Below, one piece after another: positions 9,372 through 18,437 of a stretch of 41,828 nt of DNA (the stretch's first letter is position 1; each line of letters opens with the position of its first letter). A program made the translations under genes and the position numbers. The DNA lies in the IMG/VR virus record IMGVR_UViG_3300020045_004305, positions 1 through 41,828 of that record; one strand, 5' to 3'. A model generated the notes under the pieces. The model saw nothing but the letters and a program-made list of their open reading frames with translations. It was not told where the DNA came from and did no database searches. The DNA is from a virus (taxonomy: Duplodnaviria; Caudoviricetes).

Positions 9372-11727
9372 ACTGCTTAAAATTTTAAAAGCTCTTTCAC
9401 CTGATAAGTTATCAGCGGATTTTGCTCAATTTGATTCAGAAGTAGAACGACTTAAAAATGCACTGAAAGAAAAAGTGCAAGCTCAGACTCTAGAGGATGT
9501 AAACATTCAGTTAGAGAAGTTTAAGAATAAGATTGACTTAAAACCTATTAGAGAAGCGATGGTTAATCTGGAGGCTGACTTAGATCAAAAGATTAAAGGG
9601 GTCGCCGGACTTATAAGTGATGAAAATAGCCAAATAGAGAAGCTCATGGCTTCTACAAAGCAAGAGGCTAAAGATCAAATCTTAGCCATCGCTTCTAATG
9701 TAGAGGTGTTAAAAAAAGAGTTAGCGGTTTTAGAGTCTAATAAAAGTACTGAATTAAACGGAATTAAAGACAAGCTAACACAACTTTTTGATTTTAACTT
9801 GTCGGCTAACGATACGGTCAACGAGCTTACCCAGTCTGTTGATAAAATAAGAAAAGACAAGTCTTTAAAAAACGATTTAGATGATAATATTGCACTACTG
9901 GCTAAACGAATGGAAGATTTGCGCAAAGAGTTTTTGACTCGAATAAATAATATCGGTGGCGGAAGCCCGAATCAAAAGATAAGCATAAATAGCTCGGTAA
10001 TGTCCTTAAAATATGCGGACATTAACTTAAAGGGGAGCATTACCAAAGCGGATAACGATACAACTAAGGAGGTTGATATTACTTTTGCGGGTGGCGGCGG
10101 TACGCCTGGCGGTTCGGACACCGAGGTTCAATTTAACGATGGTGGAGATTTTGGTGGGGACGCGAATTTTACCTGGGACAAGACTAATAATAATTTAACT
10201 GTTTCCAAAATCAACAACGTAAGAGTTGTTGATGGCGTTTTATTTGCAACAAGCGGTGCAGGTATTCAGGCGGCCATTGACGATTTACCGGCCGGTGGGG
10301 GAACGGTGTTCATTCCAGCTGGTACTTATACCGTATCCGCACCAATTACTGTGCCATCAAACGTAACTTTGGAGGGCGAGGGGTATGCAACTTATATCGT
10401 GGCGGCAACCGCGCTCAACGATAATGTTATTGAAAATGACGACGCGGTGGGCGGGAATACCCAAATTATCCTAAAAAATCTGAGAGTCGATGGTAACAAG
10501 GCTAACCAGACTGTAGCCTTTAATACTGTTTATATGGAGAAAGTCACTTACTCCATATTTGAAAATCTCTGGGTATCTAATGCGTTAAGAACAGGAACTT
10601 TCCCCACCGTATCATCATTAGGTGAGGGATTAAGATTAACTGGCGATTCTAATTATAATCAGGTTATTGGTGGATATTACTACGACAATTCCTATGATGG
10701 AATTAAAATTAGAGAAACATCAAATTGGAATACTATTACTGGTGCTACTTTTGTAAACAATGGTCGTGCTGGCGTTCAAATTTCTGGAACAAGTAGTAGT
10801 GAAACGGCAAATTATAACACAATTTCAAATTGTATAGTTTACCATCCCACGGGGACTCCAAGCGCATCTTCTCCAACGACTTCTGGTGTGTATATCCATG
10901 GCGGGCGATATAATACCTGCTCTAACAACAACATCTACGGCGTAAGGCAGGGCTATGCCACGAATGATTCCTCTGATGATAACGTGTTTACTGGCGGGAC
11001 GATCCGCATAAACTATTCAGATAAAGCCTGTATTGAAATTGAGCCAGACACGGCAGGTGTTCAGTCTAGCCGTAACATCTTCAGCAACATTGATATTAGG
11101 GGTCTAACAGGGTCAAACGGAGAATTTTTTACCCACAATGGACGGGGCGATTTTAACAAAATTCAAAACTGTGTATTCAGTATCGGGGCAGGCACGGGAA
11201 CGTGGACATTTAATATAAACAGTGGCGCAAACGACACGACGTTGATGCACAATTCGGCGACTAACTTTTCGCTGTCGAATAGCGGCACCAGGTCGATAGT
11301 CGTGTGGGACAATGCTGGGCTAGTTACCCACGCCGTCGGTGATGTGGAAGTTCCTGATGAGGCTTATGGGGTCGCTTGGAATGGCAGCTTGGAAGTGCCG
11401 ACTAAAAATGCTTTATACGATAAAATTGAAACGATAGCCGCTGGTGGCATAACACGCTCAATTAGCAGTGTAGCTACAAGTCAAACGATGGGCGCGGATG
11501 CTGGCACGGATTACGTCTATATTGCAACCGCAGGTATTGCATTAACTTTACCCACTGCTGTTGGCAACTCAAATTTATATACCGTTAAGAATGTTTCAGC
11601 CTCAAGTATTCTAGTAGCCACGACAAGCGCACAAACAATAGATACCGATGCGAATTTAATAATAAGCACCCAATTTGCCGCTGTTGATTTAGTCAATGAT
11701 GGTGCTGATAATTGGAGTATAACCTAA
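9355..11727 (+). CDS. Tailspike/fibre: N-terminal coiled coil plus pectate-lyase-like right-handed beta helix (putative depolymerase)
   Basis: IQAAID..GGGTVFIPAGTY..SNVTLEGEG entry motif; Asn-ladder repeats; PGGSDTEVQFNDGG linker. Confidence 0.8.
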   Translation: MANKSKLLKILKALSPDKLSADFAQFDSEVERLKNALKEKVQAQTLEDVNIQLEKFKNKIDLKPIREAMVNLEADLDQKIKGVAGLISDENSQIEKLMASTKQEAKDQILAIASNVEVLKKELAVLESNKSTELNGIKDKLTQLFDFNLSANDTVNELTQSVDKIRKDKSLKNDLDDNIALLAKRMEDLRKEFLTRINNIGGGSPNQKISINSSVMSLKYADINLKGSITKADNDTTKEVDITFAGGGGTPGGSDTEVQFNDGGDFGGDANFTWDKTNNNLTVSKINNVRVVDGVLFATSGAGIQAAIDDLPAGGGTVFIPAGTYTVSAPITVPSNVTLEGEGYATYIVAATALNDNVIENDDAVGGNTQIILKNLRVDGNKANQTVAFNTVYMEKVTYSIFENLWVSNALRTGTFPTVSSLGEGLRLTGDSNYNQVIGGYYYDNSYDGIKIRETSNWNTITGATFVNNGRAGVQISGTSSSETANYNTISNCIVYHPTGTPSASSPTTSGVYIHGGRYNTCSNNNIYGVRQGYATNDSSDDNVFTGGTIRINYSDKACIEIEPDTAGVQSSRNIFSNIDIRGLTGSNGEFFTHNGRGDFNKIQNCVFSIGAGTGTWTFNINSGANDTTLMHNSATNFSLSNSGTRSIVVWDNAGLVTHAVGDVEVPDEAYGVAWNGSLEVPTKNALYDKIETIAAGGITRSISSVATSQTMGADAGTDYVYIATAGIALTLPTAVGNSNLYTVKNVSASSILVATTSAQTIDTDANLIISTQFAAVDLVNDGADNWSIT

Positions 11728-12371
11728 TGGCAATAGCTCTAGATTCAGCCAACGCCGGTGCTTCTTTTGGAACATTAGGCACATCAAAAACTTACGCGCA
11801 TACTTGTACTGGTGATAATTTAATTTTATTTGTCAGCTTCGTTATTACACAGCAAAACACAGATACCCTGACTAGCATAACTTATGCGGGGGTTGAGATG
11901 ACTATTGTGGGGAAAGTTCAAACCGAGGGCGTGGATGATAGGTGGATTTATCTTTATTACTTAATTGGGCCAGCCACAGGTGCGAATAATATTGTACTTA
12001 CTACATCAGGGGATACCACGGGGGTAAGTAATGCTGTTTCATACACAGGTGCTAGGCAAAGTGGAGTACCTGATGCTAATTCCACCGCTGTTTCGGACGG
12101 GACTTCTTTAACCGGTAATATAACTACAACAGTTGATAATTGCTGGGTAACTGGCGCAATTCGTGGTAGCGGGGGTAATTTGATTGCAGCTGCAGGCTCA
12201 ACTTTAAGAGGGACAGCATCAGGATTCTCTAAAATGATTGACAGCAATGGTGCTATTACACCTGCAGGAGCAACAAGTCTGGGTTTTACTTGTAGTACAA
12301 ATCCAAATGGCATGGTAATAGCTTCTTTTGCTCCTGATAGTTTTTTAGGGTTTAGCATAGCATTAATATAG
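11727..12371 (+). CDS. Thr/Gly-rich virion protein
   Basis: MAIALD start with TAATG coupling; beta-rich. Confidence 0.65.
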   Translation: MAIALDSANAGASFGTLGTSKTYAHTCTGDNLILFVSFVITQQNTDTLTSITYAGVEMTIVGKVQTEGVDDRWIYLYYLIGPATGANNIVLTTSGDTTGVSNAVSYTGARQSGVPDANSTAVSDGTSLTGNITTTVDNCWVTGAIRGSGGNLIAAAGSTLRGTASGFSKMIDSNGAITPAGATSLGFTCSTNPNGMVIASFAPDSFLGFSIALI

Positions 12372-12380
12372 AAAGGATTT

Positions 12381-13472
12381 ATGGCATACGTTCCAAATTT
12401 AGGAAGTGTAGTAGCATTTCAATCTCAACCATCTAGTTTATTAGTCGGGGCTTCGATTATTGGGAATACGCCCGTGAATATAACTCACGGACGAACCTCG
12501 GTCTTTGGCACAATGTCGGTGATAGGTACTGTACCCGTGACGCAGGCAACAACGCCTTGGATTGTAGGTTCTGTTTTATTGGGCAGCTCAAACGCCTCAG
12601 TCATTACAGTTGGCGGAAGTACCGGTAACTCATCTGTTCAGTTATTGGGGGGCGTGGCCGCAATCGGATCGGTAGCGGTGTTGCAGGGGACAAATCCTTG
12701 GCAGATTAATATGCCGTCGCCATCTGTTATTGCCTATCAAGCGGCGGGTTCGATAATGATGGTGGAGGGAACTTTTACTACAGGTAATTCCTCAGTTCAG
12801 GTAGTAGGTACTATGCCGCCGCAATCGGTATCTGGTGTTGGCATATTTAACGTAAATCACACAGGCAACGGTTCAATAGCGGTAATAGGATCGGTGGCAG
12901 TTTTACAAGGCACAAATCCTTGGACTATAAACAACACCTCGGTCTTGGCGTTCCAAGGCACACTACCTTGGGTAATACAGTCAATAGTTGGTACTTACGC
13001 CGAAGATAGCGCACACACACCTCTTAGTGCAGGTTTGTTTACATTAGGAGTTCGCAATGACACTATGTCATCCGTAACCTCGACAGACGGTGATTACTCG
13101 CAGATAAATGTCGGGCCGACGGGTGAAACTATTATAGCCAACTCGCCAATAACCGCATGGTGGCAAGCCAATACTTCTATAATGGCTAATGTATCAGTTC
13201 AAGCCGTAGCGGCAGCCGGTGCTTCGATCTTTACTTATGTAACGGCAGTACAAGTCACTAATGTCAGCCCAAATAACGCTTATATTACTTTCACGGGTGG
13301 TTTGGGGGGCAAAAGTTCGGTTTTAGGGTACATACCAGCTCCTACAAATGGAGGTGCGATTGTTACTCTGCCTAATGCTTGGAAAACAGGTGCTAATATG
13401 GGGGTTTCAGCTTCGGTATCAACGTATGCGTCGGTCTTTCTATCAATGCAAGGTTTTACCGCTAAAATATAA
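12381..13472 (+). CDS. Ser/Val/Gly-rich virion fibre protein with internal repeats
   Basis: GSVAVLQGTNPW twice plus degenerate copies; TGNSSVQ twice. Confidence 0.65.
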   Translation: MAYVPNLGSVVAFQSQPSSLLVGASIIGNTPVNITHGRTSVFGTMSVIGTVPVTQATTPWIVGSVLLGSSNASVITVGGSTGNSSVQLLGGVAAIGSVAVLQGTNPWQINMPSPSVIAYQAAGSIMMVEGTFTTGNSSVQVVGTMPPQSVSGVGIFNVNHTGNGSIAVIGSVAVLQGTNPWTINNTSVLAFQGTLPWVIQSIVGTYAEDSAHTPLSAGLFTLGVRNDTMSSVTSTDGDYSQINVGPTGETIIANSPITAWWQANTSIMANVSVQAVAAAGASIFTYVTAVQVTNVSPNNAYITFTGGLGGKSSVLGYIPAPTNGGAIVTLPNAWKTGANMGVSASVSTYASVFLSMQGFTAKI

Positions 13473-14683
13473 TGTTTACTAAAGACGGGACAACTTATCT
13501 TAAAGAACAAGTCACCGATTCGAGTCGGCGGATTTCTGTTGAGATTGGAGACAAATTACAGGCTGAGTTTTTCCCGCAAGTTAAATCCCTCTTTTGGGAC
13601 AATGAAACCAACTTCTCTTTGCGCTTGGTTGATGAGGGCAAAGGTGTAGTCAGCGAAAAAGGCGAAGTGATCGAGTGGGTTGAGGGGGACAGGACGGCTA
13701 GATTTTATTCAATCGAGGGGTATGAAAACGGTGGAGTTGAATTTGAAGTCGAGTTTGCATCCAAGCCCACCACCAATACTGTTGAGTTTAGTACCCAAAC
13801 CAAAGAGTTTGAGTTCTTTAAACAACTACCACTTATTGAACAGTTTCCAATTGGTTCAGAACACTTTGGGCATATAGTGGCTGAAGGCACGGCGACTGAA
13901 TTAAAAGACAGCGAGGGCAACGTCTTTAGTCGCAGACCTGAAAATATGGTCGGAGGATATGTGGCTTACCATGCTACAAAAAACGGATATGTCTTAGGGC
14001 AAAAGAACTACGCTACAGGACAGGCTTTTGTACTCCCTAGACCGTTTATCACAGATGCTGACGGGAAACGAATCTGGTGCGACCAAGAAATTACGGAAGG
14101 ATTCCTGACCGTTACTATCCCGCAGGATTTTTTAGATACTGCTATTTACCCTATTATTCTTGACCCTGACGTGGGGTACACCACAGCGGGTTCAAGCTCG
14201 ACTACTTTTGAAGGGGTTATCGCTGTTACAGGTGGAACTACAGGTGTAACGGCTGGCACAGGTGATAGCATTTCAGCTTACATCAAGGAAGATGACGGTG
14301 CGGGCAACCATTCGATAACAGGCAATTTATATTTAGATGGGGCTTCAGATACTTTAGTTGCTAATGGCGCAACCGCAACTTTGACTGACGTGTCTCTTAC
14401 GGCCTCATGGCGTTCAATGGCGTTTACAGTTGACCCAACTATCGCGGCCTCGACTGCATATTTAGCGGCTATTTTCCCGAATATAGCAGTTGGTCAAATA
14501 TCTATTTTTTATAACGCCGCATCACCAAACAGCTTAACCAAGTCAGGTGAAACTTATCCAACTTTTCCTGATCCTTTAGGTGGAAGCGATGCCGGAGTGC
14601 GAGCGTCAATTTACTTTACCTATACAGAAGGCGGTGCGGCTGCCACGCCAAATAATCTAACTTTGTTAGGGGTTGGAGTATAA
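13472..14683 (+). CDS. Putative virion protein
   Basis: YPIILDP motif and Thr/Gly-rich C-terminal domain; in the tail module. Confidence 0.6.
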   Translation: MFTKDGTTYLKEQVTDSSRRISVEIGDKLQAEFFPQVKSLFWDNETNFSLRLVDEGKGVVSEKGEVIEWVEGDRTARFYSIEGYENGGVEFEVEFASKPTTNTVEFSTQTKEFEFFKQLPLIEQFPIGSEHFGHIVAEGTATELKDSEGNVFSRRPENMVGGYVAYHATKNGYVLGQKNYATGQAFVLPRPFITDADGKRIWCDQEITEGFLTVTIPQDFLDTAIYPIILDPDVGYTTAGSSSTTFEGVIAVTGGTTGVTAGTGDSISAYIKEDDGAGNHSITGNLYLDGASDTLVANGATATLTDVSLTASWRSMAFTVDPTIAASTAYLAAIFPNIAVGQISIFYNAASPNSLTKSGETYPTFPDPLGGSDAGVRASIYFTYTEGGAAATPNNLTLLGVGV

Positions 14684-14696
14684 TTAAGTAACCAAA

Positions 14697-15029
14697 ATGG
14701 AAGAAAAAATGACAGACGCGCCAACACAACCTAATGGACAATCAGTAACCGATGTCACGCTCGGATATATTCAGCGCGACATTTCCAAGATTGAAAAAAA
14801 CATTGCCGACATGAAAATGGACGTCGTAAACCGTCGAGAGTTTAACGATGGTTTAACCGCTTTAAAAAAAGAAGTTTATGACGCCGACAAGCTGATTAAA
14901 GAGGAATTTACCAGCGTGGTTCGGGGGTTGCAACAAGATATTAATTTGCCTAAAAAGATAATTTTTACAGCGGTAGGATTAATTTTGCTTGCGGTGTTTG
15001 GAGCATTAATCGCAATGGTGGTTAAATAA
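14697..15029 (+). CDS. Coiled-coil protein with C-terminal TM helix (holin/XhlA-like, lysis-associated)
   Basis: C-terminal hydrophobic helix; immediately upstream of the endolysin. Confidence 0.55.
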   Translation: MEEKMTDAPTQPNGQSVTDVTLGYIQRDISKIEKNIADMKMDVVNRREFNDGLTALKKEVYDADKLIKEEFTSVVRGLQQDINLPKKIIFTAVGLILLAVFGALIAMVVK

Positions 15030-15030
15030 T

Positions 15031-16092
15031 ATGTTTCCCTTAAAGATTAGAAAACTTATCCGAGGGGCTGAGGCTCATATAAAAGCCGGACTTGGTGCTG
15101 GCGCGGATTATGTCGCTGATAGGGACGATTTATTTGCCCCATTTGACGGGGTGATTGAAAACTACTTTGGTTTGCAGGGGGGCAATTGGTCTAGACTTAA
15201 AAGGCCAAATGGTGATAACATCGAATTTGCCCATTTATCAAAATACTATAAGGTCGGGCCGGTTAAAGAGGGTGAGAGAATCGCACTTACAGGCAACACC
15301 GGAACTATCACAACTGGCCCGCACTTGCACGTGCAGATATTACGGGTCGGCAAAAGGCTCGATCCTGAAACGTATAATTGGGAAAATATGAACATCACAT
15401 ACAAAATAAAGGTCATTTCAAACCGTACCGACTCGCAGGTTGCTCTTGATATGTGCGCTGACTGGTACAAGAGCAATTCAGGAAACAGAATCAATTTACA
15501 ATTCCTAGTCGAACCAACTGATTTGCAGATTCCCTTTAAAGACGGGCAGGTTGATAGTAATTGGTATGACCTGAATGTTTTGCCGAAGGCTTTAGGCTAT
15601 GACATTGCGATTTTACTTCTTGACCGGTGGGACGGGACGACCGGAAGCGGTGGCAAGATGACAGGGGACTCAGAGCAAAAGACCATGAAGATTCAACTGC
15701 TCCAAACACCGACTTGGGGTGAGTATAACTTCTGGGCTATCGCGCATGAAATTTCCCACGTCTGCTTTTACCTCACGGTGGGCGAGCCTAAAGACCCAAC
15801 GCACCAGTTATTCTCAGGCGACTCCCAATTTAATCGGGATCACGCTCATAAGATTTTTGAGGTTTTGGATTACAAAATATTAAGCGACACCCTAATAAGG
15901 CGGCGCAAGGAGCAACAAATGAGCAACGCAGTTTTTGCAAAGCGTGCGGGTACAGATGAGTTTGGGTTCTATCTGCCCGCAACAACCGTTGAATCCCTAA
16001 AGGATAAGGCGTTGAATCTTGGCCGTGAGGATTTGATTAGGCCAGACGGCTCGATCGACTTCACGAAGGCCAAGGAAGTTACTGGTCTATAA
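15031..16092 (+). CDS. Endolysin: M23 peptidase plus HEXXH-containing second domain
   Basis: FAHLS, TGNTG.TTGPHLH M23 motifs; AHEISH downstream. Confidence 0.8.
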   Translation: MFPLKIRKLIRGAEAHIKAGLGAGADYVADRDDLFAPFDGVIENYFGLQGGNWSRLKRPNGDNIEFAHLSKYYKVGPVKEGERIALTGNTGTITTGPHLHVQILRVGKRLDPETYNWENMNITYKIKVISNRTDSQVALDMCADWYKSNSGNRINLQFLVEPTDLQIPFKDGQVDSNWYDLNVLPKALGYDIAILLLDRWDGTTGSGGKMTGDSEQKTMKIQLLQTPTWGEYNFWAIAHEISHVCFYLTVGEPKDPTHQLFSGDSQFNRDHAHKIFEVLDYKILSDTLIRRRKEQQMSNAVFAKRAGTDEFGFYLPATTVESLKDKALNLGREDLIRPDGSIDFTKAKEVTGL

Positions 16093-16106
16093 AGGAGGGT
16101 AGTCAC

Positions 16107-16283
16107 ACGGAACACTTCTGCTGTTTCTGCGGACTCGTAGTAGCTCCGTACGACCCCGATAGGGTCGTCATGCTGGACCGAGTGGTTCACAAGGCTTGCT
16201 TGATGAAGCCTGATAGAATCCGCGATCTGCCCAGAGCAGACGTGAAGGAGGTGATTCAATCTCGGCGTGGTCTAACCCACTAG
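16107..16283 (+). CDS. 58-aa Zn-finger-like ORF (CCFC...HKAC) with apparent ACG start, or pseudogene
   Basis: AGGAGG at 16093-16098, 8 nt before ACG; no in-frame ATG/GTG/TTG upstream. Confidence 0.45.
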   Translation, partial: TEHFCCFCGLVVAPYDPDRVVMLDRVVHKACLMKPDRIRDLPRADVKEVIQSRRGLTH

Positions 16284-16342
16284 CGTCGTCAGGGGTGGAG
16301 ACTGCAAATCCACCCTAAATTCTAAATAATTAAGAGAAAAAT

Positions 16343-16522
16343 ATGGTAAATGCAATTTTGAGGGTTATCGTGGCGTTCGTGGTTTGGTTCGTGTATTTCG
16401 ATCAGATAGTGCCTAAAGCCGGTATTCCTGACCCGTTCGGTTGGCTCTTAGGTCTAGTCGTGATTCTTGCGGGTTTGTTCTTTGTGTTTGACGGTCCAAA
16501 ATTAATCTCTAAATATGAATAG
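16343..16522 (+). CDS. 59-aa two-TM membrane protein (holin-like)
   Basis: MVNAILRVIVAFVVWFVYF...PDPFGWLLGLVVILAGLFFVF; below the ORF-track cutoff. Confidence 0.6.
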   Translation: MVNAILRVIVAFVVWFVYFDQIVPKAGIPDPFGWLLGLVVILAGLFFVFDGPKLISKYE

Positions 16523-16733
16523 CAAATTCGATTTCTTACTTAGCAATAGGTTTTGGGCGTTGGTTATCGGTTCACTAGCAGTGGTATCAAACGGCAACTT
16601 CACAAAGGAAGCGTGGGCCAATGGCGTGATTACGCTGATTACCGGATTTATCAGTATCAGGACAGTTGATCGAAGCGTTGAAATTCTGTCGCCAAAGAAT
16701 CCACCAGTTCCATTGAACGAGAACGAAGATTAG
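16515..16733 (+). CDS. Holin-like small membrane protein
   Basis: LSNRFWALVI start, two hydrophobic segments, lysis module. Confidence 0.65.
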   Translation: MNSKFDFLLSNRFWALVIGSLAVVSNGNFTKEAWANGVITLITGFISIRTVDRSVEILSPKNPPVPLNENED

Positions 16734-16772
16734 TTAAATCCTTAAAAGATCAGGCAATTAGGAGGGGTGGAG

Positions 16773-17306
16773 GTGCTTGCCAAAGTCTTAATCGGGGGCT
16801 TTATAAAGAGGCTTTTAATCGGAATCGGTTTAGGTCTAATTATAGCTTTATGGTGGTATCAGTACGTGTACGCGGAAACTAAAGTATATCAATATGTCGG
16901 ACAAGACATCGTTTACTACAACTCAAGTAATATCCCTGCTTACGAAAGCTGGCAAGAGTATGAAGCCAAGAGAATCGCTGACGAGCGAAGATATGCGGCG
17001 GTTAAAAAAACAGCTATTGCGGTTAATACGCAAAGCAAAACCTACTGCTCCTGCGTAATCTACGCCCAGAGTTTAGGACTTGGAATATCAGGTTATGGTG
17101 CGGCACGAAATTATCCGATCAATAGTCTAGTTCCAGCACAATCAGGATTTGTGTTTACGCATGAAAGCGGGTATGGTCATGTCGCCTATTACGTCCTACA
17201 AGGCGAAAATCTGCTATTACAGGAGGCGAATTATCAAAGGTGCAGGTTGACCACAGGACGGCTTTTACCCGTCAATTCGGGGCTGATTAGGGGCTATGTG
17301 AATTAA
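16773..17306 (+). CDS. Membrane-anchored CHAP-domain peptidoglycan hydrolase
   Basis: N-terminal TM; SCVIYA...GHVAY...QEANY catalytic Cys/His/Glu; AGGAGG SD before GTG. Confidence 0.75.
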   Translation: MLAKVLIGGFIKRLLIGIGLGLIIALWWYQYVYAETKVYQYVGQDIVYYNSSNIPAYESWQEYEAKRIADERRYAAVKKTAIAVNTQSKTYCSCVIYAQSLGLGISGYGAARNYPINSLVPAQSGFVFTHESGYGHVAYYVLQGENLLLQEANYQRCRLTTGRLLPVNSGLIRGYVN

Positions 17307-17316
17307 ATGCTGAGAT

Positions 17317-17348
17317 GGACTTTCGTAACTCTAGCGAGGGTCCTTTTT
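17317..17348 (+). terminator. Rho-independent terminator ending the late operon
   Basis: GGACTTTCG/CGAGGGTCC stem followed by TTTTT. Confidence 0.8.
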
Positions 17349-17350
17349 AG

Positions 17351-17397
17351 TTATCCACAAGTTGCCTATTGACACTTGTAAGCCGTTTTGATATACT
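17351..17397 (+). promoter_or_regulatory. DnaA box plus strong early sigma70 promoter
   Basis: TTATCCACA 17351-17359; TTGACA(17369)-17 nt-TATACT(17392) with extended TG. Confidence 0.85.
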
Positions 17398-17418
17398 TAT
17401 TAAGTCGAAGGGAATGTA

Positions 17419-17658
17419 CCTTAAAAACTGCATATTTGCTAGACGGAAGGAAAGTATATGAACTATTACGAAGTTAAGCCTTTTATAGGCCAAATCGCTA
17501 AAGATCACCCTATGAATAAAATTTCTAGGGATACAAAAGAAGAAATGGCAGAAAGCGGTAAGGTTATCGCTAAAATGATTGCTGAAACATTAGCTCCAAT
17601 TAAAACAATTATCTCGGTAAAATAAATTAAACTTCTAGCAAGTGTGCAGTTTTTAGGG
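17419..17658 (+). repeat. 25-bp inverted repeat (RNA stem) enclosing a 55-aa ORF
   Basis: 17419-17443 pairs with 17634-17658; the only deviations are three U-G wobbles. Confidence 0.8.
17458..17625 (+). CDS. 55-aa first early protein (MNYYEVKPFIGQ...)
   Basis: ATG preceded by GGAAGGAAAG; open to TAA 17625. Confidence 0.6.
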   Translation: MNYYEVKPFIGQIAKDHPMNKISRDTKEEMAESGKVIAKMIAETLAPIKTIISVK

Positions 17659-17678
17659 GATAAAACCTCTATAAGGAT

Positions 17679-17720
17679 AAAAACCTAAAAGTCTTCCGGA
17701 AGACGGCTTTTAGGTTTTTT
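17679..17720 (+). terminator. Long hairpin with U-tract (terminator/attenuator, possibly bidirectional)
   Basis: AAAAACCTAAAAGTC/GGCTTTTAGGTTTTT 15-bp stem. Confidence 0.7.
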
Positions 17721-17744
17721 CCTTCCGAAAATTAACAATAAATT

Positions 17745-17909
17745 ATGGAACTAGACATAAAGCAAGCACCCAAAAAGAGGGAAACAATATTTGTAAGAGT
17801 TGAAACAGAGCTGTTAAATAAGATAAAGGTTTTAGAGAGAAAGCATAAAGCAGACAGGTCGGTAGTTGTAAGGTCGCTAATAGAAATGGGTTTAAAAGAA
17901 GTTAAATAA
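17745..17909 (+). CDS. Ribbon-helix-helix (Arc/CopG-like) regulator, 54 aa
   Basis: TIFVRVETELLNKIKVL...DRSVVVRSLIEMGL matches the RHH pattern. Confidence 0.75.
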   Translation: MELDIKQAPKKRETIFVRVETELLNKIKVLERKHKADRSVVVRSLIEMGLKEVK

Positions 17910-17928
17910 TTAAGCCAAAATCAAAAGT

Positions 17929-18437
17929 ATGAATAAAATAAAAACAGGTCTGGTCAAGGTTGTTACAAACTCAACGGTTCAAAAGGTGTTCGGGCTCATC
18001 TTCATTCTAGGAATGTTAGGGTACATCGAAGTTACCGAGTATCATCGTACAGTCACACAGCTTGAGAATCACATGATTCAAGTCATACAGGAAGATAACT
18101 CTTTTTTATCCCTAAGCCGGTAAGTCTTAAAGACCTGCCGGTGGAACGCCAGATTGAGGTTGTGTTTGGTAAAAAAGATGCGGTTATAGCGAAAGCAATA
18201 TCGCAAGCCGAAAACGGAACTAGAGAATGTGACCGCAAGGGTGGTAAGAATAAAAACGGTACACACGATTGGGGTGTGTTCCAATTAAACGAAATTCACT
18301 TGAAAAAAGGCTATACGTTAAATGACTTTCAAGACTGCCTAACAAATATCAGGATCGCCAAAACAATCTTTGACGCTAGTGGTTGGTATCCATGGTCGGT
18401 ATATAACTCAGGAAAATTCAAAAACTATCTTAACTAA
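17929..18437 (+). CDS. Membrane-anchored lytic transglycosylase made by -1 frameshift (short product 17929-18123)
   Basis: TM N-terminus; T TTT TTA slippery site; -1 frame encodes AENG..D.GVFQLN..W.PW..Y lysozyme-like motifs. Confidence 0.75.
18102..18142 (+). promoter_or_regulatory. Programmed -1 ribosomal frameshift signal
   Basis: Heptamer 18102-18108, 7-nt spacer, hairpin 18116-18142. Confidence 0.75.

Noticed and set aside
17419-17658. MITE/IS terminal inverted repeats or retron a1/a2 arms
   Set aside because: No transposase or RT, no target-site duplication seen; strand-specific G-U pairs favour an RNA stem
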